Source of the DNA: a virus
Lineage: Duplodnaviria; Caudoviricetes
IMG/VR virus record: IMGVR_UViG_3300020042_008729
Span: 1 to 26,909 of that record
Direction: 5' to 3' (one strand)
Length of the DNA stretch: 26,909 nucleotides
The notes under the pieces are model-generated. The model ran no database searches. It was not told the origin of the DNA and saw only the letters and a program-made list of their open reading frames with translations. Position numbers and translations under genes: made by a program. Position 1 is the first letter of the stretch, and every line of letters begins with the position of its first letter. This document shows positions 17,448 through 26,322 of this stretch, piece by piece.

Positions 17448-17631
17448 TTACAGGCCCATAATATACGATCAGATCTTTGACCTGATGTATTACGGAAAAA
17501 TGGGATTCACCTACACAGAGCTATATCATATGCCTGTGTTTCAAAGGAGATACTATTATACAAAGCTTACTGATTACCTCAAGAGACAACATGAGGCAGA
17601 GAAAGCTGCGATGAACAAAGCTAAAAGATAA
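17428..17631 (+). CDS. Un-annotated ORF in the +1/-2 frame, probable frameshift extension of the chaperone (gp51-like); first ATG at 17485
   Basis: FFGLGSDYRPIIYDQIFDLMYYGKMGFTYTELYHMPVFQRRYYYTKLTDYLKRQHEAEKAAMNKAKR*. It fills the gap to a terminator, and the TELYHMP...R pattern resembles short gp51-like or GT-type chaperone tails. Confidence 0.7.
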   Translation, partial: FFGLGSDYRPIIYDQIFDLMYYGKMGFTYTELYHMPVFQRRYYYTKLTDYLKRQHEAEKAAMNKAKR

Positions 17632-17657
17632 GCCAGGTAACACTGGCTTTTCGTTTT
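17631..17657 (+). terminator. Rho-independent terminator
   Basis: AGCCAG-GTAACA-CTGGCT followed by TTTCGTTTT; begins at the stop codon of the 17428..17631 ORF. Confidence 0.7.
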
Positions 17658-17663
17658 AATTGA

Positions 17664-17671
17664 TATTTATA
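17664..17671 (+). promoter_or_regulatory. TATTTATA motif, candidate late promoter
   Basis: After the terminator, 12 nt before ATG 17684. Confidence 0.6.
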
Positions 17672-17683
17672 AAAAAGTCCAAG

Positions 17684-17986
17684 ATGAATAAACAACACTT
17701 TCGTAAACTAATAAAAGAAGTATACCAAGAGGTTCTTGAAGAAGAGAAGATTAAAGAAGGTATCTTGAGTTGGATGGGTGGTGTAGCTAGAAACATAGCA
17801 TACGGCATTATTGATAAGAGAGCGGGTTATTTACAAAAAGCAATACAGTACGACCCGAAGCTACAAAGACTTGCAAAAGACTTAAAGCTAACCAACAGAG
17901 ACTTAGAAAGTAGAGTAGCAAGCTTATTGGACAAAGATCCTGACTTCCTCAGAGCTTTATCTAACGTAAAAGCTAAGCGCATTTAA
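17684..17986 (+). CDS. Small basic helical protein, possible internal head protein; start revised from 17660 to ATG 17684
   Basis: MNKQHFRKLIKEVYQEVLEEEKIKEG...; the TTG at 17660 lies upstream of the promoter motif, so ATG 17684 is preferred. Confidence 0.65.
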   Translation: MNKQHFRKLIKEVYQEVLEEEKIKEGILSWMGGVARNIAYGIIDKRAGYLQKAIQYDPKLQRLAKDLKLTNRDLESRVASLLDKDPDFLRALSNVKAKRI

Positions 17987-18000
17987 TATACTAGACTATA

Positions 18001-20586
18001 ATGGCAACTCCAAAACCAGCAGCAGACGATAGTGGAAGCGATTTAGCCAATCGCCTAAAACTACTATTGCAAGAAAAAGCTACAATAAAAGAATTGTATG
18101 CTGCTAATTTGGCCTATGGCAAGTCTATTGGTAAGACCTATGAGGAGGTTAACAAGGTTAATAGAGAGTATGGTTTCCAAACACGTTTAATAACGGAAAT
18201 GGCTAAGAAAGCTCAAGAAGGAGCTAAGTTAGCTAATGGCGAAATAGCTAAAGCACGAGATGTTTTAGCAATAAAGAGGCTTATCAAAAACGTTGAGGAG
18301 GGGCAAGTTGATATAGTGCGAGGTAGAGTACAAGCAACAGCTGACCTAGCTAAAGCCCATATAATGCTCAAAACTGGGTTGCAGGATGAATATGCAGAGC
18401 AGGCTTTGCAACTCCAAGCAGCACTAAAGATGGGGGCTATAACGCAACAGAACTATGAAACAGCTTTAGAAAAACTACACACAGATCAAGAGCAAGTAAA
18501 GGAGATAACAAAGCAAAAGGAGCTCATTACTGCAATTGCAGACAAGCAAGCAGAGTTAGTGGAGCATTCTGAGATGTATAAGAAGAAGTTTGAAGGGTAT
18601 TTAGCAACTGCAAAAGCAGTTATATCAAGCCCAGCCGCAATAGCCGGTGCTGCAATAGCAGCTGCGGGTAAAATGGGTGAAGCTTTCAGTGAAGCGTACA
18701 AAGAACTCAAAGCAGAAGGGCTATCAACCAGCCAAGCAATACACGAATCATTTACATCATTCACAGACTCTTTATCAACAGGATTTATGGTATCAAGTGC
18801 CCACATTCGTGAAGCACGGAAAGCTATATCAGAGACTGGAGGAACTTTGCACGATGCTGAGGATGCTGGAAAGGCAGCAGCGGAGATGGCAACGAAGTTT
18901 GGAGGCAGTGCAGCTGATGCAGGAAAGGCTATAGGTAACTTAAGTCGCCTCCCAGGCATGACTAAAGATGCTGCAAAAAACACAGCAGAGTTTGGTGCTA
19001 AGTTAGCACAGGCAGCAGACGTTCCAGCAGATACGGTAACAAAAGCAATAGCACAAAACATGGATGCAGCAGCACTTGCTGGTCCAAAAATGCAAAACAG
19101 TTTAGCTAAGGCAGCAATTAACGCAAAGAAGTTGGGTGTTGAGTTTTCGGTAATAGAAGGAATACAAGACAAGCTATTAGACTTCGAAGGTAGTATGAAT
19201 GCTCAGATGGAAGCATCTGTACTCTTAGGTCGTGAAATAAACCTTGATAAAGCACGCGAGTATGCCAACGCTGGTGACTACGCTAAACTACAAGAAGAGA
19301 TTTTAAAGAACGTGGGCTCAGAAGCTGAGTTTGCTGAGATGTCTGTTGTTCAGAAAAAGAAGATGGCGGAAGCTATGGGAGTTTCTGTAGGCGACTTAGC
19401 TAAGATGGTTAAGGGGCAGGGAGAGATGACCGACTTAGCTAAAGAGCAAGCAGAGGCAGCTGAGGATCAGAGCGGCTATGGTACAATGATAGCAAACTTC
19501 GCAGCAGAAAATGCAGGAGCTGCAATGGGAATGCTAGGGACATTGATTACCACAGGAGCTCAGATGTTCATGCAATATCGCCAAAACAAAGCAATAACTG
19601 GAGAATTACAAAAGCAAACAGCTGAAATACAAAAGCAAAACTCTGTTAAAGGAAAGGGAGGAGGCAAAAAAGGTGCTGGAGGTGATATGTCAGCAGACGC
19701 ATCGTCAACTGCAAAAGGATCAGATAAGGTAAAAGGAGGAGGTGGATTTAAAGGAGCTATGTCAAACTTAGCTGAAGGATTTAAGGAGATGTCAGGTCCA
19801 AAAGTATTAGATGGTGTTAAAAACACAGCAAAAGCAGGACCTGCAATGTTATTAGCATTACTTGCAACTCCTTTTATGTTTTTAGTAGGTGTTTTAGGAA
19901 AAAGAGCTGGAGCCGGCCTTCAGGATTTGTCAGAAGGTCTTAAAGGAAAGGGAATGGGAGCAGCTTTGGTTGCAACCGGTATTGCTAATGTATTAGCGTT
20001 TGGTTTAGCTGGGGCAGTAGGTTTGTTAGCAATACCATTTATGCTCACAATGCTTTTAGGTAAGCTCATAGGAATGGGATTACAAGGACTTGCTGGTGGA
20101 TTAAAAGCAATGGGTAACCCAGCTGTCGCTTTGGGCGTAGGGGTATTAAGCTTATTGGTACTCTCAGTAGGAGCTGGTATGATGATGTTTGGAATAGGAG
20201 TGGGAATTGCAGCAGCTGGATTATCTCTCTTAGTAACAAGCATAAAGGATATACCGTTTGAAAACTTAATGGTATTACCAATGGCATTTACAGGTTTAGC
20301 TGCAGGATTGGGTATGGTAGCAATTGCAGGAGCATTAGCAATGCCAATACTGACAGAGCTAATATTATTAGCAGCAGTTGCACCAGCCTTAGTGGCATTA
20401 GGAGCAGCTGTTGGAAGTATGTTTGGTGGTGGAGGTGGCGGTGGAGAAGATGATCGGATGAAGGAATTGGTAGATGAAGTTAAAGGATTAAGAACCGATA
20501 TAATGAAAGGTGGAGTAGTTAATATGGACGGTAAGAAGGTAGGCGATGCACTACGATTAGCAATGAACACAACTCAATTCACATAA
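18001..20586 (+). CDS. Tape measure protein
   Basis: 861 aa, Ala/Lys/Glu-rich and helical, with LLDFEGSMNAQMEASVLLGREINLDKARE, a long hydrophobic Gly/Ala/Leu C-terminal region and terminal VNMDGKKVG; located after the tube and chaperone genes. Confidence 0.85.
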   Translation: MATPKPAADDSGSDLANRLKLLLQEKATIKELYAANLAYGKSIGKTYEEVNKVNREYGFQTRLITEMAKKAQEGAKLANGEIAKARDVLAIKRLIKNVEEGQVDIVRGRVQATADLAKAHIMLKTGLQDEYAEQALQLQAALKMGAITQQNYETALEKLHTDQEQVKEITKQKELITAIADKQAELVEHSEMYKKKFEGYLATAKAVISSPAAIAGAAIAAAGKMGEAFSEAYKELKAEGLSTSQAIHESFTSFTDSLSTGFMVSSAHIREARKAISETGGTLHDAEDAGKAAAEMATKFGGSAADAGKAIGNLSRLPGMTKDAAKNTAEFGAKLAQAADVPADTVTKAIAQNMDAAALAGPKMQNSLAKAAINAKKLGVEFSVIEGIQDKLLDFEGSMNAQMEASVLLGREINLDKAREYANAGDYAKLQEEILKNVGSEAEFAEMSVVQKKKMAEAMGVSVGDLAKMVKGQGEMTDLAKEQAEAAEDQSGYGTMIANFAAENAGAAMGMLGTLITTGAQMFMQYRQNKAITGELQKQTAEIQKQNSVKGKGGGKKGAGGDMSADASSTAKGSDKVKGGGGFKGAMSNLAEGFKEMSGPKVLDGVKNTAKAGPAMLLALLATPFMFLVGVLGKRAGAGLQDLSEGLKGKGMGAALVATGIANVLAFGLAGAVGLLAIPFMLTMLLGKLIGMGLQGLAGGLKAMGNPAVALGVGVLSLLVLSVGAGMMMFGIGVGIAAAGLSLLVTSIKDIPFENLMVLPMAFTGLAAGLGMVAIAGALAMPILTELILLAAVAPALVALGAAVGSMFGGGGGGGEDDRMKELVDEVKGLRTDIMKGGVVNMDGKKVGDALRLAMNTTQFT

Positions 20587-22841
20587 TGGCAGCAAATAAA
20601 CCCTTTGCAAATCTCGATAGATTGAGTAAGTTAGCTACTCCAAGCATAGTGGTTCCAAACCCTATTGTCAACCAGGGAGAGTCCAATGCACGTACTAGCT
20701 TTACAAACCGCATAAGTCTTGAAGATCGCTTAAAGCAATCAAATCTTAACACCACTAAGCACTTAGCGCAATACTTTTTAACCGATACGTTCACCAACGT
20801 CATTAAGATAAAAAATTCAATTGAGCTTCCAAAGATCAGTAATGTGAGCATAAGCGCACCAAGGAGCGAAAGAGAGTTGGGAGGGGTGTTACCACAACCA
20901 ATATCTTTTCAACCAAACCGAGATGGGATTACTATAATCAAACAAGAATCAACGCCGCTTCTAAGACAGGGTGGTATATTCGACATTGGACTAGGTTTTG
21001 TTAGCGTAACACAAGTTGAAAGGGTGCTTGGAGACCGAGACATCACAACCAGACAAGGATCCACCTTCAGTAACGGAATCTTCTACAGCAAGATTGTTTT
21101 AGGAAATCAGAACAACGTGAATCAAGGTAATGTAATCCTACAAAAAAATATCACGACAAGAGAGCAGGGGGGTGAGGATCCAATCAAAGTAGTTGCAATA
21201 CAAGACATAGAGAGTAGACAGGGAATCTTTATCATAAACTCAAAAAAGGAGAGTGGCATTGTTCCACTGCTAATGGAACCTAAAACACTCCAAACACCTT
21301 TACTACCTTTAACAAAGACTGTAGGCATAGACCCACAAGTGCCAGCAAGCATAAAAATAGTACAATCAGCTCCATCAGATACGTATGTAGAAGGACAATC
21401 ACCAACATTACACACACTGAGATTTGTTGCAATAGGAGCAGGCCTGAGTCTGACCCCAACAGCTTTTCAAGGCTTCACAACCCCAGAGAATCAACCACCC
21501 ACTGAAACTGCAAAGGGTACTGGCCATATTATGGTAAGCTTAAAGGCATCTACAGTAGGAGCACTACTAAACCCTATAGATCCTGGTGATGGTGTAGTAT
21601 ACTCGCAAGCTGAAATGTACGCTGCAGCAGATGCAGATGGTGTATCGGTGACAGGAAATACGTTAAGAGGTGTAGGAGGAGCAACATACGCATCAATACC
21701 GTTAGCAGATGCACCACCAAAGCTTTATGGCAACATCGATAAGAGTAACGGATATGTTGGTGGTAAATCGCGCCAAGCAGTGCAACTCCTATCAAACGTC
21801 TACCCAGCAGAACAAGCCGCTCAGTTCATTCAGACTATAACTGAGACAAACGGAAATACTAAAAGATTAAACTCAGCTGATGAGCTTGGCACAAACTCTA
21901 CAACAACTATTTACGATAAGGCATTTGGACAAGGACAAGAGAGTGTTGATGCAATATCAGACAATGGAACTGATTTTCAAAAGAACGCAATAAAGAGACA
22001 GAATCTTAACGCAGCAGATGATAAATTGAGAGCTGAGGGAAAGGGCTTTATATCGGACACAAACCAAAACGAAAAAGTAACGTCAGCTCTTGGAATTGGC
22101 TTTGATGGTGTAGATGGGTTATCAGACATAAACAATGTAACGGTAGAGTTATTAACCCCAAGCCTAGAAAAGATAAAAAACAACTTCAAGGTCACTGACG
22201 CAGTGAACGGAGCAGCTAGTTGGAAAAGGTATAAGTATGTGACAGACTACTCACAACTACAAGGTGCTGATGGAGGTTCTTTAAATAAAGAAGGAGCGAT
22301 TATTGAAGGAGATGTTCCTAGACGAGAAAAGACGATAAAAATCTCAGACTACGATGGAGGAGGAAGTGTAACTTTTACAGCATTTATAAAAACACTATCA
22401 GATAACGTAACAGCTACGTATACAGACTACAAGCAGATAGGATGGCAAGACACCTTCAAAGTATTTACAGGAGTAACTCGTCAGATATCTTTAGGCTTGA
22501 CAGTATTAGCTTTGGGTCCAAACGATCCATTTGCAAGTAGTGCAAGAACAGCAGCACAGCAAAAGCAACAGCTAAACAAGCTAATACAGATTTGCACAGT
22601 AGGCTCTGCAGGGACAAATGGTTATTATATAAAAGGACCTACTATCAGATTAAGTGCAAGTGGTTTGTTTAAGGATCTTATTTGTGTATGCGGTAGTGTT
22701 AAGGTTGATATACCAGTATCGGACACTTCTTGGGATGTAGATGCTTTTCTACCACAACAATATGATGTTTCATTGGACCTTGTACCACTTGCAACACATG
22801 GTGACACGTTAATAACGAAAACAAGTAACTTTTACGGATAA
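20586..22841 (+). CDS. Baseplate tube-initiator-like protein (gp48/gp54-like C-terminal domain) with a long N-terminal extension
   Basis: C-terminal FTAFIKTLSDNVTATY...IGWQDTFKVFTGVTRQISLGLTV...PTIRL...SWD...LPQQYDVSL resembles tube-fold initiators; lies between the tape measure and LysM genes. Confidence 0.6.
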   Translation: MAANKPFANLDRLSKLATPSIVVPNPIVNQGESNARTSFTNRISLEDRLKQSNLNTTKHLAQYFLTDTFTNVIKIKNSIELPKISNVSISAPRSERELGGVLPQPISFQPNRDGITIIKQESTPLLRQGGIFDIGLGFVSVTQVERVLGDRDITTRQGSTFSNGIFYSKIVLGNQNNVNQGNVILQKNITTREQGGEDPIKVVAIQDIESRQGIFIINSKKESGIVPLLMEPKTLQTPLLPLTKTVGIDPQVPASIKIVQSAPSDTYVEGQSPTLHTLRFVAIGAGLSLTPTAFQGFTTPENQPPTETAKGTGHIMVSLKASTVGALLNPIDPGDGVVYSQAEMYAAADADGVSVTGNTLRGVGGATYASIPLADAPPKLYGNIDKSNGYVGGKSRQAVQLLSNVYPAEQAAQFIQTITETNGNTKRLNSADELGTNSTTTIYDKAFGQGQESVDAISDNGTDFQKNAIKRQNLNAADDKLRAEGKGFISDTNQNEKVTSALGIGFDGVDGLSDINNVTVELLTPSLEKIKNNFKVTDAVNGAASWKRYKYVTDYSQLQGADGGSLNKEGAIIEGDVPRREKTIKISDYDGGGSVTFTAFIKTLSDNVTATYTDYKQIGWQDTFKVFTGVTRQISLGLTVLALGPNDPFASSARTAAQQKQQLNKLIQICTVGSAGTNGYYIKGPTIRLSASGLFKDLICVCGSVKVDIPVSDTSWDVDAFLPQQYDVSLDLVPLATHGDTLITKTSNFYG

Positions 22842-23137
22842 TGGGTAGATACGATAGAATACAAGTACAGAAAGATGCAGATGGAGTGAGACAAATACGA
22901 CCAGTATTATATCCAAACATTCCATTTAACAACAAGGATATCTATGTCCGAACATCTTCTGGGGACCGACTAGATACACTAGCTTATCAGTTTTACAAAA
23001 ACGTAAGTTACTGGTGGATTATTGCACATGCAAATAATGTAGGAAAGGGAACTTTTGCACTTCCACCCAACCAACAAATTAGAATACCGGCAAACCCGAT
23101 ACAGATTCAATTAGATTTCGAACAACTAAATAAGTAA
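22841..23137 (+). CDS. LysM-like baseplate wedge protein (gp53 / P2 gpX-like)
   Basis: GDRLDTLAYQFYKNVSYWWIIAHAN...QIRIP. Confidence 0.88.
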   Translation: MGRYDRIQVQKDADGVRQIRPVLYPNIPFNNKDIYVRTSSGDRLDTLAYQFYKNVSYWWIIAHANNVGKGTFALPPNQQIRIPANPIQIQLDFEQLNK

Positions 23138-23142
23138 GTTAC

Positions 23143-25182
23143 ATGGCAATAAATAATGAAAGCCTCTTTAGCAATAAGGAGGTGCCACAATCAACAAGAA
23201 CTGAGTTAGAAGGTCGTACAAGACCTTACTATCAATATGGAATGTCAGGAAGGAAGACTTGGGCTCACGTAATTTCCATGTGCGAAGGTAATCCATACGA
23301 AATTAAACTGCAGCCAGGAGCAAAATACGACAGCGTATACGAAGACTCACGACCAAAGGCACTATTACAGAACATAAGTATAAAAGCGCAAGGTGAATAT
23401 GGAACATTAAGAAGAGCAACATTGGAGTTGATCGTATTTAGTGACGCTGAGTTGTCTAAGGTAGCAAGCGCATACTTTATACCAGACATGTCTATTAGAC
23501 TGCAATGGGGTTGGAGTGTAGATTGTTTTGGACAACCAGGACCAGAGCCTATTACTGAAGTGGGACTGACAGATGCAGCTGCAATGCAACAAATCATTAA
23601 CCGTACAGGAGCCCTTGCTTGCATGGATGGTTTTCAAGGAAGAGTGAGAGGTTGGGATTTTACCTTAAACAAAGAGGGTGCATGGGACGTTAAGCTCGAT
23701 TTGATAGCAGCATCTGCAGCTGTGGTAGATGTAAAGGTAAGTGACAAAGACGAGAGCTGCAAATGCGAACAACAATCAACAGCAACAAATGCTGAAGGAG
23801 ATGAGGTTGATGAGACTAAAACCGAAGTTGTTGGGCGATTAGAAGCTGCATTGATAGATTTGATCGATAACGAAAACTTCATAAGTACAATTGCAAGTCA
23901 ATTTGGTGGTGGAGGAAGTTATGCAGCATATAAACTAAACTACCCAGGATACTCAAGAGATGAGACTGGTAAAGAGGATAGTGGTACCTATATGTTCATT
24001 GAAGCTGACTTAGATGCACAAGAGACTTATATAACTTGGTCAACAGTAGAGGCATTGCTTACACATGGTGTGGCTCAAATGAATTGTGGAGGATCTCCTT
24101 GTATATACAAAATAGACTCCGGAGATATGACTATAAAGGTACCTAAGCAAGGTAGGAGTAATGGTGGAAGATGGTTTAGTGCTGATCCAAGGGTTTGCTT
24201 TTTACCTGGTGGAGGAATGGACTTTGCAGAGCCAATAGAAGGAAACGATGTACTAGCTGCAACTGCATTAGGATTAGTTACCTTTGGTATAGGTGCAGCA
24301 ATATACGCAGATGCAGTAACTGGTGATTTTAAAAGACCAACAACAAACTGCTTTGTGAATGATGAGACGATTAAGCTAGGAGATATTTTGGTAAGCAGTA
24401 TTCATTTCCTTAAGCGAGTTCGTGAAATATCCAAGGGAGATGGTGGGACAGTAATAAAGACACTTAACGCACTACTTGCTGACATTAACCAAGCATGTGG
24501 TAATGTTTGGGAATTTGAAGTGCATGAAACAACAATAGAATCAGGGGAGTCGAAAGTACCAGTCGTATTAAGCGTAGCAGATGTTAATTCAATTGCAAAC
24601 ACAAAACAACCTTACGTATTACAAGCAACGACAAATGCTAGTATGGTAAGAGAGGTTAAGATGGATTTGAAGTTAACTGATGCTATGATGACCCAAGCTA
24701 CTTACGGAGGTAAGGATGCTAAGACAGTACCATCAGACAACACACCATGCTCCAATAGATTCCTACAATATGCTAAAGACTCGAAGAATACGGCAAAGCC
24801 TGATGGAGCACAAGAGAAGGGACAGAGTACATGCAATGATACTGGAAAGTGCGGTGAATCAAAATCACCAGACGATCCGTTTGAGATGCTTAGAAAAAAA
24901 GTGACTACTGAAACTGTTAATGGAGGTGTAACCTTTCTACAAAGTCAAAAAGCTGAATATTTAAAATCACCTGAAGATTATTGTAGGAACAGTATGGTAC
25001 CATTTGCTTTCTCAGCAACACTAACAGGCGTAGGCGGTTTTCGTTTTGGCCAAGTCTTAACATGCGATAGAATGCCAACTGAGATTAAAGATAAGTTTCA
25101 ATATCAGATTACAACAGTAGAGCATAATGTAACTCCGGATGACTGGACAACGGTTGTGAACACAATAGCAAAGAACAAGTAA
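23143..25182 (+). CDS. Probable baseplate hub protein (gp27-like)
   Basis: Follows the LysM gene; GTLRRATL, LQWGWS and a C-terminal FSATLTGVGGFRFGQ...YQITTVEHNVTPDDWTT hub-like ending. Confidence 0.65.
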   Translation: MAINNESLFSNKEVPQSTRTELEGRTRPYYQYGMSGRKTWAHVISMCEGNPYEIKLQPGAKYDSVYEDSRPKALLQNISIKAQGEYGTLRRATLELIVFSDAELSKVASAYFIPDMSIRLQWGWSVDCFGQPGPEPITEVGLTDAAAMQQIINRTGALACMDGFQGRVRGWDFTLNKEGAWDVKLDLIAASAAVVDVKVSDKDESCKCEQQSTATNAEGDEVDETKTEVVGRLEAALIDLIDNENFISTIASQFGGGGSYAAYKLNYPGYSRDETGKEDSGTYMFIEADLDAQETYITWSTVEALLTHGVAQMNCGGSPCIYKIDSGDMTIKVPKQGRSNGGRWFSADPRVCFLPGGGMDFAEPIEGNDVLAATALGLVTFGIGAAIYADAVTGDFKRPTTNCFVNDETIKLGDILVSSIHFLKRVREISKGDGGTVIKTLNALLADINQACGNVWEFEVHETTIESGESKVPVVLSVADVNSIANTKQPYVLQATTNASMVREVKMDLKLTDAMMTQATYGGKDAKTVPSDNTPCSNRFLQYAKDSKNTAKPDGAQEKGQSTCNDTGKCGESKSPDDPFEMLRKKVTTETVNGGVTFLQSQKAEYLKSPEDYCRNSMVPFAFSATLTGVGGFRFGQVLTCDRMPTEIKDKFQYQITTVEHNVTPDDWTTVVNTIAKNK

Positions 25183-25518
25183 CCATGGCAACTCCATCAG
25201 TAAGCAAATATTCAGTTCTATATCCCAAGAACACCTTTTACACAAAAGGAGAGGAATTTAGTTTGAATGGTAAGAATTATATAGGACCTTACTACGTTGT
25301 AAATGGAAAAGTTTGGACAGGCAAACCAGGCAACCCCAACGCAAAGCAGCTTACAGAATATTACCCCGATCAAGAGGTGTATCGATATGACGTTCTGAGA
25401 GGCTTCAATGTTAGACAGAAGACTTATACACTACCAATATATCTGCCACCTGCCCCAATTACCAAAGACTATGAATTGGGTTATATATACAGGTACCTAG
25501 CCGTATCAGTTATGCGTC
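24598..25518 (+). repeat. Left arm of a 921-bp inverted repeat
   Basis: Gapless match to the reverse complement of 25989..26909; about 48 mismatches by hand count. Confidence 0.95.
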
Positions 25519-25781
25519 CAGAGAGAATCCCAACTGAAATTAGCATAGCACAAGCAAACTCATTTGGCAAAAGAGGAGGAATAGATCCAGGACTTTATAT
25601 GCTAATAACTTTGAAATGGGTTATCTCAGGACCAGCAACAACAATGAAGTCAGAGACAACGACCATACCAGGCATTGAAGAGTCTAACAAAGCAACGGTA
25701 CAAAGCTTTGCTACAAAGTACCCAACCGTACTCTATGTTTTTAAAAATTACATGGAGTTTGCTCAACCTAATATTTTTTAG
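25185..25781 (+). CDS. Hypothetical protein in the baseplate cluster
   Basis: 198 aa; YTKGEEF...YIGPYY, DYELGYIYRY, LKWVISG. Confidence 0.75.
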   Translation: MATPSVSKYSVLYPKNTFYTKGEEFSLNGKNYIGPYYVVNGKVWTGKPGNPNAKQLTEYYPDQEVYRYDVLRGFNVRQKTYTLPIYLPPAPITKDYELGYIYRYLAVSVMRPERIPTEISIAQANSFGKRGGIDPGLYMLITLKWVISGPATTMKSETTTIPGIEESNKATVQSFATKYPTVLYVFKNYMEFAQPNIF

Positions 25782-25793
25782 TATATTAGTTGA

Positions 25794-25997
25794 GTGATAA
25801 TAGACTCAACAGCTCAATACAACAATTTCAAGAATCAAATAGTAGATAAGCATATTGTCTGTCATGCTATAGGTTTGCATCCACAAAAACATCTTGTGGA
25901 CAATACTATCATAGGTTGGTATGTTAAGGTGTTAGATGGTGAGGAGTTCACGATATTCATAGAGCATCCAGAAGCCTTACTCAAGAAAGATGCATGA
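25794..25997 (+). pseudogene. 5' fragment of a longer gene truncated at the inversion junction (possibly a DNA polymerase N-terminus)
   Basis: GTG start; the stop TGA (25995-25997) is supplied by the inverted copy. The polymerase guess rests only on recalled similarity and synteny. Confidence 0.45.
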
Positions 25998-26322
25998 CTG
26001 ATACGGCTAGGTACCTGTATATGTAACCCAATTCATAGTCTTTGGTAATTGGGGCAGGTGGCAAATATACTGGTAGTGTGTAAGTCTTCTGCCTAACATT
26101 GAAGCCTCTCAGAACGTCATATCGATATACCTCTTGATCGGGGTAATATTCTGTAAGCTGCTTTGCATTAGGGTTGCCTGGTTTGCCTGTCCAAACTTTT
26201 CCATTTACAACATAATAAGGTCCTATGTAATTCTTACCATCCAAACTAAACTCCTCTCCTTTTGTGTAAAAGGTGTTCTTGGGATACAGAACTGAATACT
26301 TGCTTATTGATGGAGTTGCCAT
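25981..26322 (-). pseudogene. Truncated inverted copy of 25185..25781
   Basis: First ~109 aa are near-identical to the 198-aa protein; the ORF then ends at the junction. Confidence 0.85.

Noticed and set aside
17426-17461. Canonical -1 frameshift at G TTT TTT
   Set aside because: The -1 frame hits TAA at 17459-17461 after 9 codons; only the +1/-2 frame is open.
17660-17683. TTG start at 17660 for the 108-aa ORF
   Set aside because: Overlaps the terminator tail and promoter motif; ATG 17684 fits the spacing seen for other genes.
113-25245. Numerous minus-strand ORFs of 60-228 aa (e.g. 18486..19172, 19920..20570)
   Set aside because: Antisense shadows of long + strand genes with biased codon usage; no independent motifs or leaders.
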